Shown: in pieces, positions 1-13,027 of the stretch
How the letters are laid out: each line of letters starts with the position of its first letter
Position numbering within the stretch: the stretch's first letter is position 1
Source: Eledone cirrhosa
Lineage: Eukaryota
Assembly (NCBI GenBank): GCA_964016885.1
Contig: OZ024743.1
Span: forward strand, 372,000,001-372,064,000
Reading direction: 5' to 3'
Length of the DNA: 64,000 bases
Translations under genes and position numbers: made by a program
The notes under the pieces: generated by a model
Database searches by the model: none
Seen by the model: the letters and a program-made list of their open reading frames with translations, nothing else
Told to the model about the DNA's origin: nothing

Positions 1-3000
1 ATTTTCCAGTGTGCTCCAAAGTAACGCCCTGATTACGCTCTTTTGTGCTATAACTCAGACAGGCTTGGCTTACAGGTTTGACCTATTATTTGACGTGCAT
101 TCTTCATAGATCTTACTTAGTACTCACTTTCCACTTACTCACCGTTCAATTGAAAGTTTTGGCTACTCCCCCTTTCATGCTCCATTACCTGCATAAATAT
201 TTACGTGTTCAGTCCTGCTACAATATAGTACTCACTTTAAACTAATTCAAAGTTCATTTGAAAATTTTCGCTACCAAACACATTCTTTGAATCTACGGTC
301 ATGCCACCCCAAAAAGACCACGACTAAGTCGCCAAACTAAAGCTGCTTCTGCTGCCAAACGAAGAAGAGCTACAGAGTTGTCCGTAGAAAAATTGACTCG
401 GTTGTCACAAAATGCAACTCGAAATGCAATTACCCGGGCAACCGAGACAGAAAATAAAGAGGAGCAACCACCTTTCTGGAAATGCATTTGTAACTGCAGT
501 TGCACGTACAGCGCAAACTGATGAACAACATTCTCGATGACGAAGCAAAAATGCGGCCTCCACCGCTGCGGCACGTGACGGTGAGGACGAAGATCACCGT
601 TACAGACGACGACGAAGAGATGCCGCCTCAACTGCTGCGTCACGTACTGCCGAGGACGAAGGACAGCGTTCCAGACATCAACGTACGGACGCCGCTTCAA
701 CAGCTTCCGTTCACGCATCAGAGACTGCGCAAATTCAATTAGAAAGGCTAAACGCCAACACACTCCACAGGAGTGCTAAACGTGGTACAGAGATGATCAG
801 TTGTACTCGGTGGTCCCATAAGGCTTTCCACTATGACCCAACAGTAAACTATGCACTGATGTCAGAAGTTCAGATTGGATCCATGTCTGTCATTTGCCAA
901 TATTGTCGGGCAAAAAAATGGCCTGGGGAGACTTCAGGGATGTGCTGCTCTGACGGCAAAGTGAAACTGCCTCCTCTACAGGAACCACTACAACCTTTGA
1001 AGTCTCTACTGACCGGTGCCACGGCGGAGTCGGAACACTTCCTTCAATGTTCCAGGAGATACAACGCTGCCTTCCAAATGACCTCTTTCGGAGCTAACAT
1101 CATAAGGGAGGACAGCTTCATGCCTACCTTTAAAGTTCAAGGACAAATTTACCACAGAATCGGTTCGCTACTGCCCACAACAGACGGACAGCCCCATTTC
1201 CTACAGCTATACTTTGTCACTGACTATTTGAACCAAGCGGAACGACGCGCTTCAATTTCGCCTGGCACAGAGATGAAAATTCTGTTGGAACTTCAGAGAA
1301 TGCTGCACGAAAACAACAACTACACTCGCAGTTTCAAATGCGCATTGGAGGCTGCTCCGTTGCCAAATTTTGCTGTTATAATCGACGCTGACAGGAAACA
1401 ACCAGGCACCCACGCCAGACGTTTTAACACTCCCACGTGCAATGAAATAGCTGTGCTTCTTCATGGAAAACAGTACAACAAGCGGGACATCATACTTCAG
1501 TGTAAGGACAATAGTCTGCAACGGATCAGCGAGACGCATAGGTCCTATGACGCATTCCAATATCCCTTACTTTTCCCATTCGGTGACGACGGATACCACT
1601 TTGGAATTCCTTTGTGCAACAGCAACAAAACTGTTTCCTGTATGCAATTCTACGCCTACCGATTCATGGTCCGCGAATGCTGCTTTAACCAACTCCACCG
1701 TGCAAGAGTACTCTTCAACCAACTTACTGTAGACGCGTGCGCAAAGATGGAATCTGAAAGGCTGTGCTACATAAGGAACAATCAAGCACGCCTTCGTTCG
1801 GACAGCTACATTCACTTACGGGATGGAGTAAGGAATGGCGTCGATCCCGAGAACCTTGGAAAACATTGTATCCTTCCCTCGACCTTCATTGGGAATCCTC
1901 GATACATGAGTGAACGCACACAGGATGCTATGACGTACGTGCGTCTCTACGGCAGACCAGATCTCTTCATCACTTCAACATGCAACCCTAAGGGGAATGA
2001 AATTACCGCGGAATTATTCCCCGGACAAAGGGCGTCAGACAGACACGACCTTACAGCACGAGTTTTCACTTGAAGTTGACAAAACTTATTGAACTCCTAA
2101 AATCAGGTAAGGCCTTTGGACATGTTAGGTGCTACGTATACACCGTTGAGGGGAAAAAGAGAGGCCTGCCACACGCTCACCTACTCATTTGGCTGATAAC
2201 GAAAATCAACGCAAGCAGCATTGACAACATCATTTCAGCAGAAATACCCGACCCGAAATTGGACAGAGAACTCCACAAAATTGGACGTCACTGCTCACAT
2301 GGTTCATGGGCCATGCGGAAACGGTTTCAACATGAATTCTCCATGCATTAAAGAAAGAAGGTGCACCAAGAGGTATCTAGGCCATTCCTCCGAGAAACTC
2401 GGACAGGTGGCGACGGTTATCCATTATACCGCCGGACGGAGGAATTGTTGTGAAAACCCCACATCACCACGTCGACAACCGGTGGATTGTACCCTACTGC
2501 CTCCTTCTGCTTAAATTGTTTAACGCCCACATTAACGTTGAATACTGCCACTCCGTCAAATTGATAACGTACGTCTGCAAGTATATCAATAAGGGGTCCG
2601 ATGCTGCGTCCTTTGGTCTTACAATGGAGAACAACCGAGACGAAGTAACTCGATACCAGGTCGGCCGATACATCAGCAGCAATGAAGCGTTCTGGCGATT
2701 CTTCCACTTTGCAATAAACCATAACTACCCCCCAATCAAACAGTTGGCGGTGCACCTTGAAAATGGTCAAAGAGTCTACTTCACCGCCTCCACCGCTGCT
2801 GAGATAGCAGAGGAACCCAAGGACACCACACTTACGGCATTTTTTAAGTTATGCCGAAACGATCCCTTCGCCAAGACCCTCTTCTATTCTCAGGTGCCAT
2901 CATACTACACTTGGAACACAGACCACAGAATTTGGTTAAGAAGGGTGAAAGGACAACCCTTCGAGGGACATCCAGACATTAAAATGTCCCCTACCCTTGG

Positions 3001-5016
3001 GAGAGTGTACACCATTCATCCTAACCAACAGGAATGCTTTTATCTCCGCCTTCTACTGCATGACGTGGTAGGACCGACATCTTTTGACGATCTGAAAACA
3101 ATCAACGGAGAGCTTTGTACTTCATTCCGCGCAGCCTGCCTTAGACGGGGTCTACTGGAAGATGGCGCTCAGTGGGATGCGACATTGGCGGAGGAAGCTA
3201 CAATACGCTCAGCGCGAACTCTTCGGCAACTCTTTGCGGTGCTACTGCAGACATGCGAGCTAAGCGACCCTGCATTCTTATGGGACAAATACAAAGAGGA
3301 CCTTTCCGATGACTACATACACCAGGACAACTGCTACTCCCTCATTCCGACGTACGACTCAGCGACGAATTCTTCAACAAAGCTCTCATTGACATCGAGT
3401 ACAAAATCCTAACTGCTGGCGGAAATGACCTTCCATTCTGCCAAAAGTTCAGCGAATGGGCTCCGACAAACTTCTGACGCGCATAATTCAGGAAACTGCC
3501 TACGACGTCCACGCCCTCGAACTGTTCATCAACGAAAACGAGCCGAAATTGTTGCAGGACCAACGGTAAGCGTATGGCACAGTTTGCACTTCCATTCGTC
3601 AATGCAGAGGAGGTATCTTCTTTTTGGACGCCCCAGGAGGAACTGGTAAAACATTCGTCAATAAACTCCTCCTCGCCAAAGTGTGACAGCAGAAAAGAAT
3701 CGCCCTGGCTGTGGCTTCTTCTGGCATTGCAGCAACTCAACACGACTTCAGACGACACAATAACCTGCAACATCACCAAGGACTCTGACAAAGCTGAAGT
3801 CTTGAAAAGATGCCACCTAATTGTGTGGGACGAATGCACAATGGCCCATAAAGGGTCCCTTGAGGCGTTAGACATGACCCTACGAGACATCAGGGAATGC
3901 AACCAGCTGATGGGAGGAGTACCTCTACTGCTGTCTGGCGATTTTCGACAAACTCTTCCAGTTGTTCCAAAAGCCACCAGGGCCGACACTGTGGGGGCTT
4001 GCATTAAGTCATCTCCCCTGTGGCAGGAAGTGCCTGACCCTCACAACAAACATGAGAGCCCAACTGCTCGGTGACCACTCAGCAGCCGACTTCTCAAAGG
4101 ACCTCTTAACAGTTGGTGACGGCACTGCACCTTCAGATGCAGCTGGAGAAATGGCAGTCTCGCAAGTAGGCACCGTTGTCGACACTGTTGACGACCTCAC
4201 AGCCTCTGTCTTTCCCGATATGGCGACCAACTACAAAAACACGAGTTGGCTATGCTATAGAGCCATATTGGCTCCCAAAAATGACTTCGTTGCAAAAATC
4301 AATGAGGACCTTCTGCAACGCATTCCTGGAAACCTCCATACCTACAAATCTGTGAACAAAGATGAGGTTGACGATTTTCCAACAGAATTCCTCAATTCCT
4401 TGGACCTCTCTGGACTGCGCGTCAAAGTTGGGACTCCAGTCATGCTGTTGAGGAGCCTGGAACCACCACGTCTCTGCAACGGAACACGGTTAGTGGTAAG
4501 AAACCTCCTGCCGCATGTAATTGAAGCCACAATTCTCACGGGCTGCGGTGCTAGAGAAAACGTCTTCACACCCAGAATACCATTAACTCCATCAGGTACG
4601 GAATGCCCCTTGTACTCTGCGCCGACTTCAATTCCCCGTTAAACTTTGCTTCGCGATGTCAATCAACAAGTCCCAAGGCCAAACGCTATCAACGGCAGGC
4701 TTGCATTTAGCCCAGCCGTGCTTCTCACACGGCCAATTATACATCGCATGCTCAAGAGTGGGATGCGAGCAGAACTTATTCATACTTGCGCCCAAAGGCA
4801 GAACAAAAAATGTGGTCTACAGAGAGGTGTTGTGACTCCTCTATTCAGCACCACTGCAGTCTTGCCGGTCTGACATATAGTGAGTAGATGCTATTGTTGT
4901 ATATTTTCAAACTTACCCCTATTTACTTTCAATGCCTCAATATTCATAATTGAGTGGAATCATTAAAAGTACTTTAAAGCAATTAAACTCTGAGCAACGC
5001 TGGGCACTTCTGCTAG
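1..5016 (+). mobile_element. Helitron, autonomous type, decayed RepHel; 5' end not visible
   Basis: Frameshifted ORF chain ~301-4835 with zinc-knuckle CQYC..MCC, HUH motif GLPHAHLLIW, YVCKYINKG, and PIF1 motifs VWDECTM, GDFRQTLP, LCNGTRL; 3' end has an imperfect GC hairpin then CTAG|T at 5013-5017. Confidence 0.95.
301..4835 (+). pseudogene. Helitron Rep/PIF1 helicase pseudogene
   Basis: ORFs 793-2073, 2070-2351, 2450-3412, 3574-4074 and 3962-4642 are successive frames of one RepHel protein. Confidence 0.92.
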
Positions 5017-5438
5017 TATATATATATATATAAATACTTTTTCCTCACTAGACATTTTCCCTAACATCACACAAATTTGTATGTTTTTTTGTAGCTTAAC
5101 AGCTATAAATTAATGTTTCTTTCTTTCGTCTCTTACTCCTTTGGACAGTGTTTGGCTTGTCAGATGTGGTGGTTCCGGATGGACAAACAGTACTATTGGT
5201 AGGGGTTGAACTGCCTAAGTCCATCTCAATGGCTGATGACCATGGAGTTCTGTGTCTTTTGTATGCATTATTATTTAAAAAAAACTTTTTAAGGTTTCCT
5301 CTTAAAATTTTTTTTTCGTTTTGTTTTGTTTGCGTTGGTTGTCTTGTCTTTTTTTGTTAATTTTCTAAAGTTTATATATATATATATTTGTTTTGTGACG
5401 TTTTTGATATGAAATCATGTTTCGAAACAAATATTGAT

Positions 5439-7620
5439 ATACTTGGGGAGGGTCATATTGTTGTAATAATATTGCCAGAAATAATAACAGAACACACTCA
5501 CTTTTTGGTTGGTTTTCGCTTCTGCATTTTTTATATCTCCATAGTTAATTCATTTGGCCATCAATGTTTATCATTGACTGACCAACAGTCAAAAATACAG
5601 ATATATATAGTCTAACAAAGTTCTTTCGTTGCACATCTGCAACATCATCATTGGTACTATTATCATGTTTGCTCCTATTGTGTCATGTTTACGCCATTTT
5701 TATTTTATCTATTTATTTATTTATTTATTTTTGTCTCCGTCTCTGTGCATGCGTTTGCGTGTGTGTTCGTGTTTGGGTGTATGTGTTTTGGTTTTTGTAT
5801 TCTATCTTTGTTTATATGTGTTTGTTGTTATTGTACTTGTGTATATATTTATATTATTATTTAATTATATTTCTCTTAAGTCAGTATTGTTTGTTTGGGT
5901 ATGGTTGTTGTTGTTATTCCATTCATTTTTTCTGTTTAGCTTTGGCTTTCACTCGCTTCTCTGATTTGCCTACCTGTTGGGTCATTTCTATGTTTAGCTA
6001 TTATTTTAATTTCTATGTTGTCAATGTTACCATCATGTTGTTGTCTGGCGTGTTCGTATAGTACTGAACCGTTTTTTTGTCCTTTTAATTCCCCCCAGTG
6101 TTGGTCTATTCTTTCTCCTAAGCTTCAAGCTGTCTCACCTATGTATGTCATTGTCATGTTTCTGCAGGTACCCTCTGTACATCTTATACTATAGGCTACA
6201 TTTCTAGTTTTACCGTTTATCTGGGGGTTTACTTTACATATAACACATTTCTTATTAGTACAGTGGGTTTTCTTAAAGGGGTATGTTTTGCTGATCAGGG
6301 ATTTTATGGTAGTTCCTGGCTTTTCTACCACTTTAATCTTTAAGTGGGTCTTTCTTAGGGCCTTTCTACATTGGTTAGCTAATTTCCCTCCAGGGGTAGC
6401 ATCCACAAACATGACACTCTGGTATCTCTGGTTGTCGTACTATGAGGTGGCTTTCCCTATCTTATGTTTAGTCCTATCTAAGCTATTCCATGATTTGCTC
6501 CTGTATAGTGGGCAAATTCCTTTCTTGTCCAGATCTATGAGGGTCTTATACTTCTCTGTGGCTCCTTTGTATACTCTGATGTTGTCTCATTGGTTGTAGC
6601 CAGAGAACTGCATTCGATTGATCAAGTGTTGGATGTGTCTTTCCATTTCAGTTGGATTGCACATGCGGGACATGTTCTTCATCACTCTTACCAAGTCTGC
6701 GATCAGAATATTAAACTTAGCACTACTGGACATTGCTGAGTTTTTGAGAATCAGGTATTTGGAGGCCATGGGTTTAGCATAGTGTGAGTGGAGAATTTGG
6801 GACCTCTCGTCTATAGTGTTAATCCAGAGTTCCGTGTCTAATACTGGTAGTCTATTGTTAGGGTGTTTGGAAGGGTAGTCAACAGTTACAGTTATACTCT
6901 GGTGTATGGAGTTAGCTATCTGCTGGATGCTTTCCATCGTGCTATATTCTAAATCATGTTCATTAGTACTCTCCTGTGAGAGTGTCCTTATATATATTAA
7001 TGTCGTCTACATAACGAGAGTACATGATGAGGTCTATGGAGCTCTCATCAAGGAGATCTTTGAGTCTCTTTTCCCACCATACCATGAAAAGGTTGGCAAC
7101 ATCACCAGCTATGCTGACGCCAATGGCTGCTCCCTCATTTTGGGTGTAGATCTTTTCATTTAATTTGAATATACGGCCCTTTAGGGTAGTTTTAATACTA
7201 GCCCCTATTGCATGCGCGACCATTTTTCTAACCTGATCATTGTTTTGGGGTGTCCGTATGGCTTTGGTCCACACATTCCACCTTCCCATGGGAGGCTTTT
7301 TGCCATTGAGGTTATGGACCCCTTATGGGTCTACTGGGGCAGAAACGGCTAAGGTCAAGGCTATCTAGGTACTCAGTGTCATAGGTAAGTCTAAGTAGGA
7401 GGTTGTTAGACTATATATATATATATTTGTTAGACTATATATATATATATATTTATATCTGTATTTTTGACCGTTGGTCAGTCAATGATAAACATTAATG
7501 GCCAAATGAATTAACTATGGAGATATAAAAGATGTAGAAGCGAAAACCAACCAAACAGTGAGTGTGTTCTGTTATTAATTCTGGCAATAGTATTATAACA
7601 ATATGACCCTCCCCAAGTAT
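5439..7620 (-). mobile_element. Penelope-like retroelement, decayed RT plus GIY-YIG, flanked by ~180-bp inverted repeats
   Basis: Minus ORFs carry GAAIG..ANLFM, YSRYVDDI, LPVLDTEL and VAYSIRC..YIGET; 5439-5618 is a near reverse complement of 7427-7620. Confidence 0.88.
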
Positions 7621-7893
7621 AACAATATATATATATACACATATTGTCACTTTATATACACTCTGCAAATACAGATGCCTTAAACCTGGTGCACAACCCA
7701 AAGAGAGAGAGACACAGTAACAGCATTGAGTGCTTCAACCAGTTCGCTGCTAGTAACTACAAATTACCCACCTAATAACTTATATATGTATATATATATT
7801 CATGAGTGAATAATAATATTATAATATCAAAACAGCCTCATAAACACCAGTGGTAGCTGAGAGAAAACAAGTTAAGTTAGTTTTATATATGTA

Positions 7894-7990
7894 CTAGCAG
7901 CAGGACCCGGCATTGCACAGGGTATAAAACGTGAAATAGCAACATGTGCAAAATCTGAAGAAAATCAGCTGGATACTCTTTAAGTATTCT
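7894..7990 (-). mobile_element. Helitron 3' terminus (fragment or non-autonomous)
   Basis: Minus strand reads ...ccctgtgcaatgccgggtcctgctgCTAG|T, similar to the end at 24549. Confidence 0.6.
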
Positions 7991-8849
7991 AAATCTTAGA
8001 ATATGATTTTTCTTCCATTTGGAGAAAATCGGTTAGGTACTTTTCGAGTTTTATAGATTCGCACCCAGTCATCCAGACAGACATCATCAGTTATGTCTAG
8101 TCCACCTGCATGCATACTGTGCAGAGTAAAGCCTGCAATGCTTGAGTAAGACATGTCATGTAACCACACAGCATGCTGGGCTTTCCCCACAGGAGACCAT
8201 AGCCTCTTTGTAAATCTACCCAATCTGATATAGACCGAACTGTTATATCGGATGCCGAACGCTTCGGAGTTACTATTGAGGTCACCATTAACAATTTCAA
8301 GTGGGAGTCACCGCGGAATTAGCACAACCGCTGTTTGGCGTACTTGCGCATGGCGTTCATACTGCGGTGTAGGTGAACAAAAGTGGTCTTAGTAGAAGTA
8401 GCACAGACGTGAGTTTTAGAGTGACAATAACACAGCAACGTACACAGGGCCCGGATTTGTGCGTGATGAAAGCACGAAGCATCAACAGGGCACTGACAAA
8501 AATTTTAAGGTCCTCCTCATTTCCTCAATCTCCCGAAAATGGTCCTGCTTAAAAGTAAGTAAGTGTTGTGTCCTCTGCTAAATAAACCAAATTTTTAACG
8601 AAATATTATACGCTACTTACGATGTTTAAGTAGCGTTTATATTGAAAATGAAAATGGCATGTAATGTCCAATGCTAATTCGTAAATTTCCTAGAAACCAT
8701 TAATGGAATCGGAAATTTTGTCCACAGCAATGTGAGAGGACTAACTAATGTGTGCTGCAAATTTCGAGGAGATCGGCTGGATTATCTTTAAGTTACGCCT
8801 CAAAAAAGCGGTTTTTCGCCTAATGCGGCCCTAGGGCAGGAAAAGTTAA

Positions 8850-9580
8850 AATTAATATATATGATAAACACTAATACAATCATATTAGTGTTTGTATTGT
8901 AAATGACCAAGTTAGCTAGATTGATTGTATGATTGTATTAGTGTTTATCATATATATTAATTTATATTAACTTGTATTTCACGGCTCAGAAATATTTCTT
9001 TCTTTGAGCTATTTAATTGTAAAAGACTGTTTGAGTTTATAACTCTATATTTATAGTATTACGGCTCCTTCTGTCGAGCTAATTTTAGTCCCATAAAAAC
9101 GGCTGTTATTTCTAGCAGCACGAGTATGCGGTAGCTAGACACTGAGAAACCATGTGCGTCGATCAGTCTTCTTAAATATTTTGAGGTGAAACATACCAAT
9201 TTTCTGGGTACTTGCTGATGAGAACTGAAGATGGTATTTTTTCACTTTTTCAATTATCGAAACTTATTTGGATTTTGAAGTTTAAACTTATCTACGGAAC
9301 AGGTTTGGATTTTGAAATTTAAATTTGTTCAAGTACCACGGCTATTGCCAATATGGGTTTGTTTTTATTGATTTACAGGCAAACTGTATTAATATAATTA
9401 GTATTTTTCAATCTAGCTAACTTGGTCATTTACAATACAAACACTAATATGATTGTATTAGTGTTTATCATATATATTAATTTATATTAACTTGTATTTC
9501 ACGGCTCAGAAATATTTCTTTCTTTGAGCTATTTAATTGTAAAAGACTGTTTGAGTTTATAACTCTATATTTATAGTATA
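8850..9580. mobile_element. Penelope-like pseudo-LTR relic (inverted plus direct repeat, hammerhead-like core)
   Basis: 8850-8923 is the reverse complement of ~9408-9481; 8929-9059 is directly repeated at 9449-9579; CTGATGA...GAAAC core at 9215-9263. Confidence 0.6.
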
Positions 9581-10389
9581 TATATATATATATAGATATA
9601 TATATATCTATATATATAAAATTATTTGTCTGTCTGTCTCTATATATATACACATATATATATATATATGATGACTGCCCCCTCATTATCGAGTATGACC
9701 ATTGCACGATATAACATTATTAATAATTATTAATTAATTCTATCATGCAATGCCTGTGCGTGAAGATATTTTTTAAAGTGAGGAAAGACTGTGCACTGAG
9801 CCAATCCCACTCTCTGAGCGACAGTAGCTATAATCTGAAAAGAAGAAAAGATCAACACCATCGGTAAGTACTGAGCCGCAGGTTTTATATCGGAGTTATC
9901 CCAGTTTCCTGAGTTGCCTTCTCCTAGAAGAAGGCCCTGACAAAGGCTAGGGGTCCTTCACTCCCAGTGGTTTAACCGCGCGATCAGGTGTCCAGCCCGA
10001 CTATTTCTATGTCCCCGCGCATATACATACACATGCACCCATGTATATACACATATACATACATATGTACATGTGTATATACATATTTACACACTTTTAG
10101 ATGGCCGTTGACTCTTATGAGTTCTTCCGCCCTTTGTATGTCGGGTCACTCTTGAGTGGTACTGGTAACATGTAACCCAGTACAACCTGTCGCATGGTTG
10201 GGTCGTTGGTGACTAAACTGGCAACCCCACTAAATTTACTTGGTGAGGAGGCTGGTTTTGGACACCCTGCAGGACAAAAACCAAAACCTGACAAAGGGCG
10301 GATATATATACTAGACCTGAAAAATGTGCAAGCTCCAAAGAGCCACAGAATGTTATAATAAACCTTAAAAGCTCTTACATAGTACTTAC

Positions 10390-10505
10390 ATTGTATGGAT
10401 AGGCCAGGTTTACCAGTGCTGCAGCATGAATGATAAAGTCGATCTCAGTGCACATGTGGAGATAGTCATCTGTGTTCATCCCCAGGTTGGCAATAGCCAC
10501 ATCAC
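10390..10505 (-). CDS. NRPS-like A-T-R enzyme, exon 9 in window (reductase domain)
   Basis: ttcag|GTGATGTG...TACAAT|gtaagt; (G)DVAIANLGMNTDDYLHMCTEIDFIIHAAALVNLAYPYN, the extended-SDR HxAAxVN motif. Confidence 0.93.
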
Positions 10506-10549
10506 CTGAATATTTAAATATTACAATGTTTATTGTATAACATTGAACA

Positions 10550-10955
10550 CGTTACCTGTGTGTGAGGTGAGATGCTTCATGGTAATGAGACAAGAGCAAT
10601 AAATGCAGAGGATATGTGAAGGCTAGAAGGAAATGAAGCAAACATTCTCTGAACAATTAAGTATTGATGAGTTGGATATAAGAAGAATCAGATGTAGTGT
10701 GCAAGAGAGAAAAGTGTGGTGTGTATGGATGAAGATCATTGAATGAAGAAGTGAAAAGGAGCTACAGTTGAGGGAGGCCAAGGAAGAACTGGGCAGAGAT
10801 TATGAGAGCTGATTTTAAATCACTAAAACTTAGTTAGCTTGACAAAGGACTGCAACAAGTGGAGGAATGCTGTGCTAGAAAAGACCTGCCCAACCCATGC
10901 TAGCATAGAAAAAAACAGATGTAAAATGGTGGTGATGATAATGATGATGATGAAT
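10550..10955 (+). mobile_element. Old RTE LINE 3' fragment
   Basis: Degenerate MLHGxET..RLEGNEA-like sequence, aacccatgctagcat 3' motif and (GAT)n tail. Confidence 0.7.
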
Positions 10956-11909
10956 GGTTACAGAGACATTGCTACAATATAAGTGAGGCCTTGGAGAGTC
11001 ACGACCATGATCTTTATGAGTGGACGCAAGTGTGAATATATCTCTTCTGCCATAATGATGAGTTGATTCAAGCTTTGTGAATTCAATTTTGGTGGATGGG
11101 AACTGTATAGAAGTCCATCAGATGAATTGTACTTGTCATTAAAAGGACTAGCCTTATTGAATAGTGTCACATTGAGTCTTTTAGAGGATTGTATCACAGG
11201 TACAAGTGTCTGTGGAATACTCAGCCATTCACACTATTGGTAGTTCTGTTGATTGAACTAGAAAATTCATTGTCAAACTGATGAGAGATCCATTAACATG
11301 AGATTAATCCACTTCAACTGTGAATTGAAACTAGGTGAGAGATTTGGCATACTGTGTGAGAAATTCATAGTTAGATAGAAGAGGAGGAGGAGGAGGTGTA
11401 CAGTCAATTGATCTCAGTTTATGGCTAGAATCCATTTTATTAACACTATATGGATAAAAGGAAAAGTTGACTGGTTAAATTTGAATTCAAAATATAGATA
11501 TTTTGAATATCAATAATATAAATACAAATATTATAGTGTTTTCAGTCGTATATTCCACCATTTCTGTATCTCCATACAACAATTTGTTAGTGTCAGGAAG
11601 CTTGAGATTTAACTTTTAACCTGTAGTGATTCAGTCGAAAATGTCTAAAAAAAAAAAAGGTTTGTTAATTCAAATTGTGTTGTTTTGCACTTTTTAAGAA
11701 TGTCTTGCTATTATGGTTCCATGTGATTTGTTAATTCAAATGTTTATAGTGTTTTTACAGATTTTTGTGAAAATTTGCACTATTAAACTAAAAACTTTAA
11801 CATTTTATATTATGCAGTCATAGTATTGTTTTATACTTTAAAGACTGGTTGTTAATGTGACGTCATGTGATGACATTTAGTAATCAAAAGCAGCAGAAGG
11901 CATAATCAC

Positions 11910-12075
11910 CTTTGACAGTTGCTAATCTGCTGTTCATTAAATTTGCAACATTCTTCTGTTTTTCTGTTGCTTTCGAAGCTTCTTTAGCCAAAACACCAAA
12001 TTTTTTTAAAGAATCCATCAGCCGTTTCTTGCTATTCATATTTGGTTGTTCTCGGACAAGACAATAAATGAATGT
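11910..12075 (-). CDS. NRPS-like A-T-R enzyme, exon 8 (reductase domain)
   Basis: ctatag|ACATTC...GTCAAAG|gtgatt; TFIYCLVREQPNMNSKKRLMDSLKKFGVLAKEASKATEKQKNVANLMNSRLATVK(G); 166 nt, phase 0 to 1. Confidence 0.9.
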
Positions 12076-12901
12076 CTATAGAAATATAACAAATAAATTC
12101 AATGTAAAACATTTTACTTAAAATATAATTATTAAAAAAATATAGGTTAGTCAGTAGAGGGGAAGTTGTGCCCATGACCTTTGCTGGCACTCATGGACTT
12201 GTATGATAAATACAATCAATGTTCAGTTTGAATATCTGTTGGTTAATATCTGTGTTGAATAAGAGTGTTGATGACCAAGTTGATAGAGTATAGGCCAACT
12301 ACATAAGAGGTCAGTATTTAAATAAATATTTGGATTAATTAAAATTTATATATATATTTCTGAAATGATTTTTATTGCATTTCCATTTTTAGTCTAGTTT
12401 ATTAGGATTTGTAATTTCAGATGTTTGCGTGAATCTTGTTGTTATTGTTACTATTGAGTAGCCCTTTCACTGTCGCTGTTGCAATTGTCTTAATAGTTGC
12501 CACTGTTGCTATCATTAGTGTTGTCATAGTGATCATGGCTGTCATTATATTCTTCATCATTACTATTGCGATCACCATTGTAATTATCATTCACCATCAT
12601 TGCAATAATCATTATTATGATTGCCGTTTTAATCGTCATACTTTTTTACACACAGAAATTTAGCCATCATAGTAACATTTAGAAAGTCTTAGTTTGTAAG
12701 ACGACAACTCTGTAAAATCTATGTTTGATATTCTGCTTTACTGTGGTACATTCACAGCTAGTGTGATTTATTACTACCCCTTTAGCCATATGTGAAATTT
12801 AGGAGGTATTGGTCTATAATACACTTTACCGGTGGACCAGGTGCATGCCAGTAGAGGTTGGGAGGTGAAGACCTGCAAGTCATTCTTTTTGTAAAGCCTA
12901 T

Positions 12902-13027
12902 GGTAAAGTGGGCATTACAGGAGAGAGAAAAGGGTAAAGTGGGCATTACAGGAGAGAGAAAAGGGTAAAGTGGGCATTACAGGAGAGAGAAAAGGGTAAA
13001 GTGGGCATTACAGGAGAGAGAAAAGGG
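12902..13027. repeat. 31-bp minisatellite x4
   Basis: ggtaaagtgggcattacaggagagagaaaag in perfect tandem. Confidence 0.95.

Noticed and set aside
5148-5360. Exon-like plus-strand ORF after a pyrimidine tract
   Set aside because: Wrong strand for the host gene, no recognisable motif, and it lies between two transposons.
12902-13027. 31-bp repeats of CRISPR-like length
   Set aside because: Head-to-tail with no spacers, no cas genes, eukaryotic context; a minisatellite. The same applies to the 34-bp repeats at 15331-15432.
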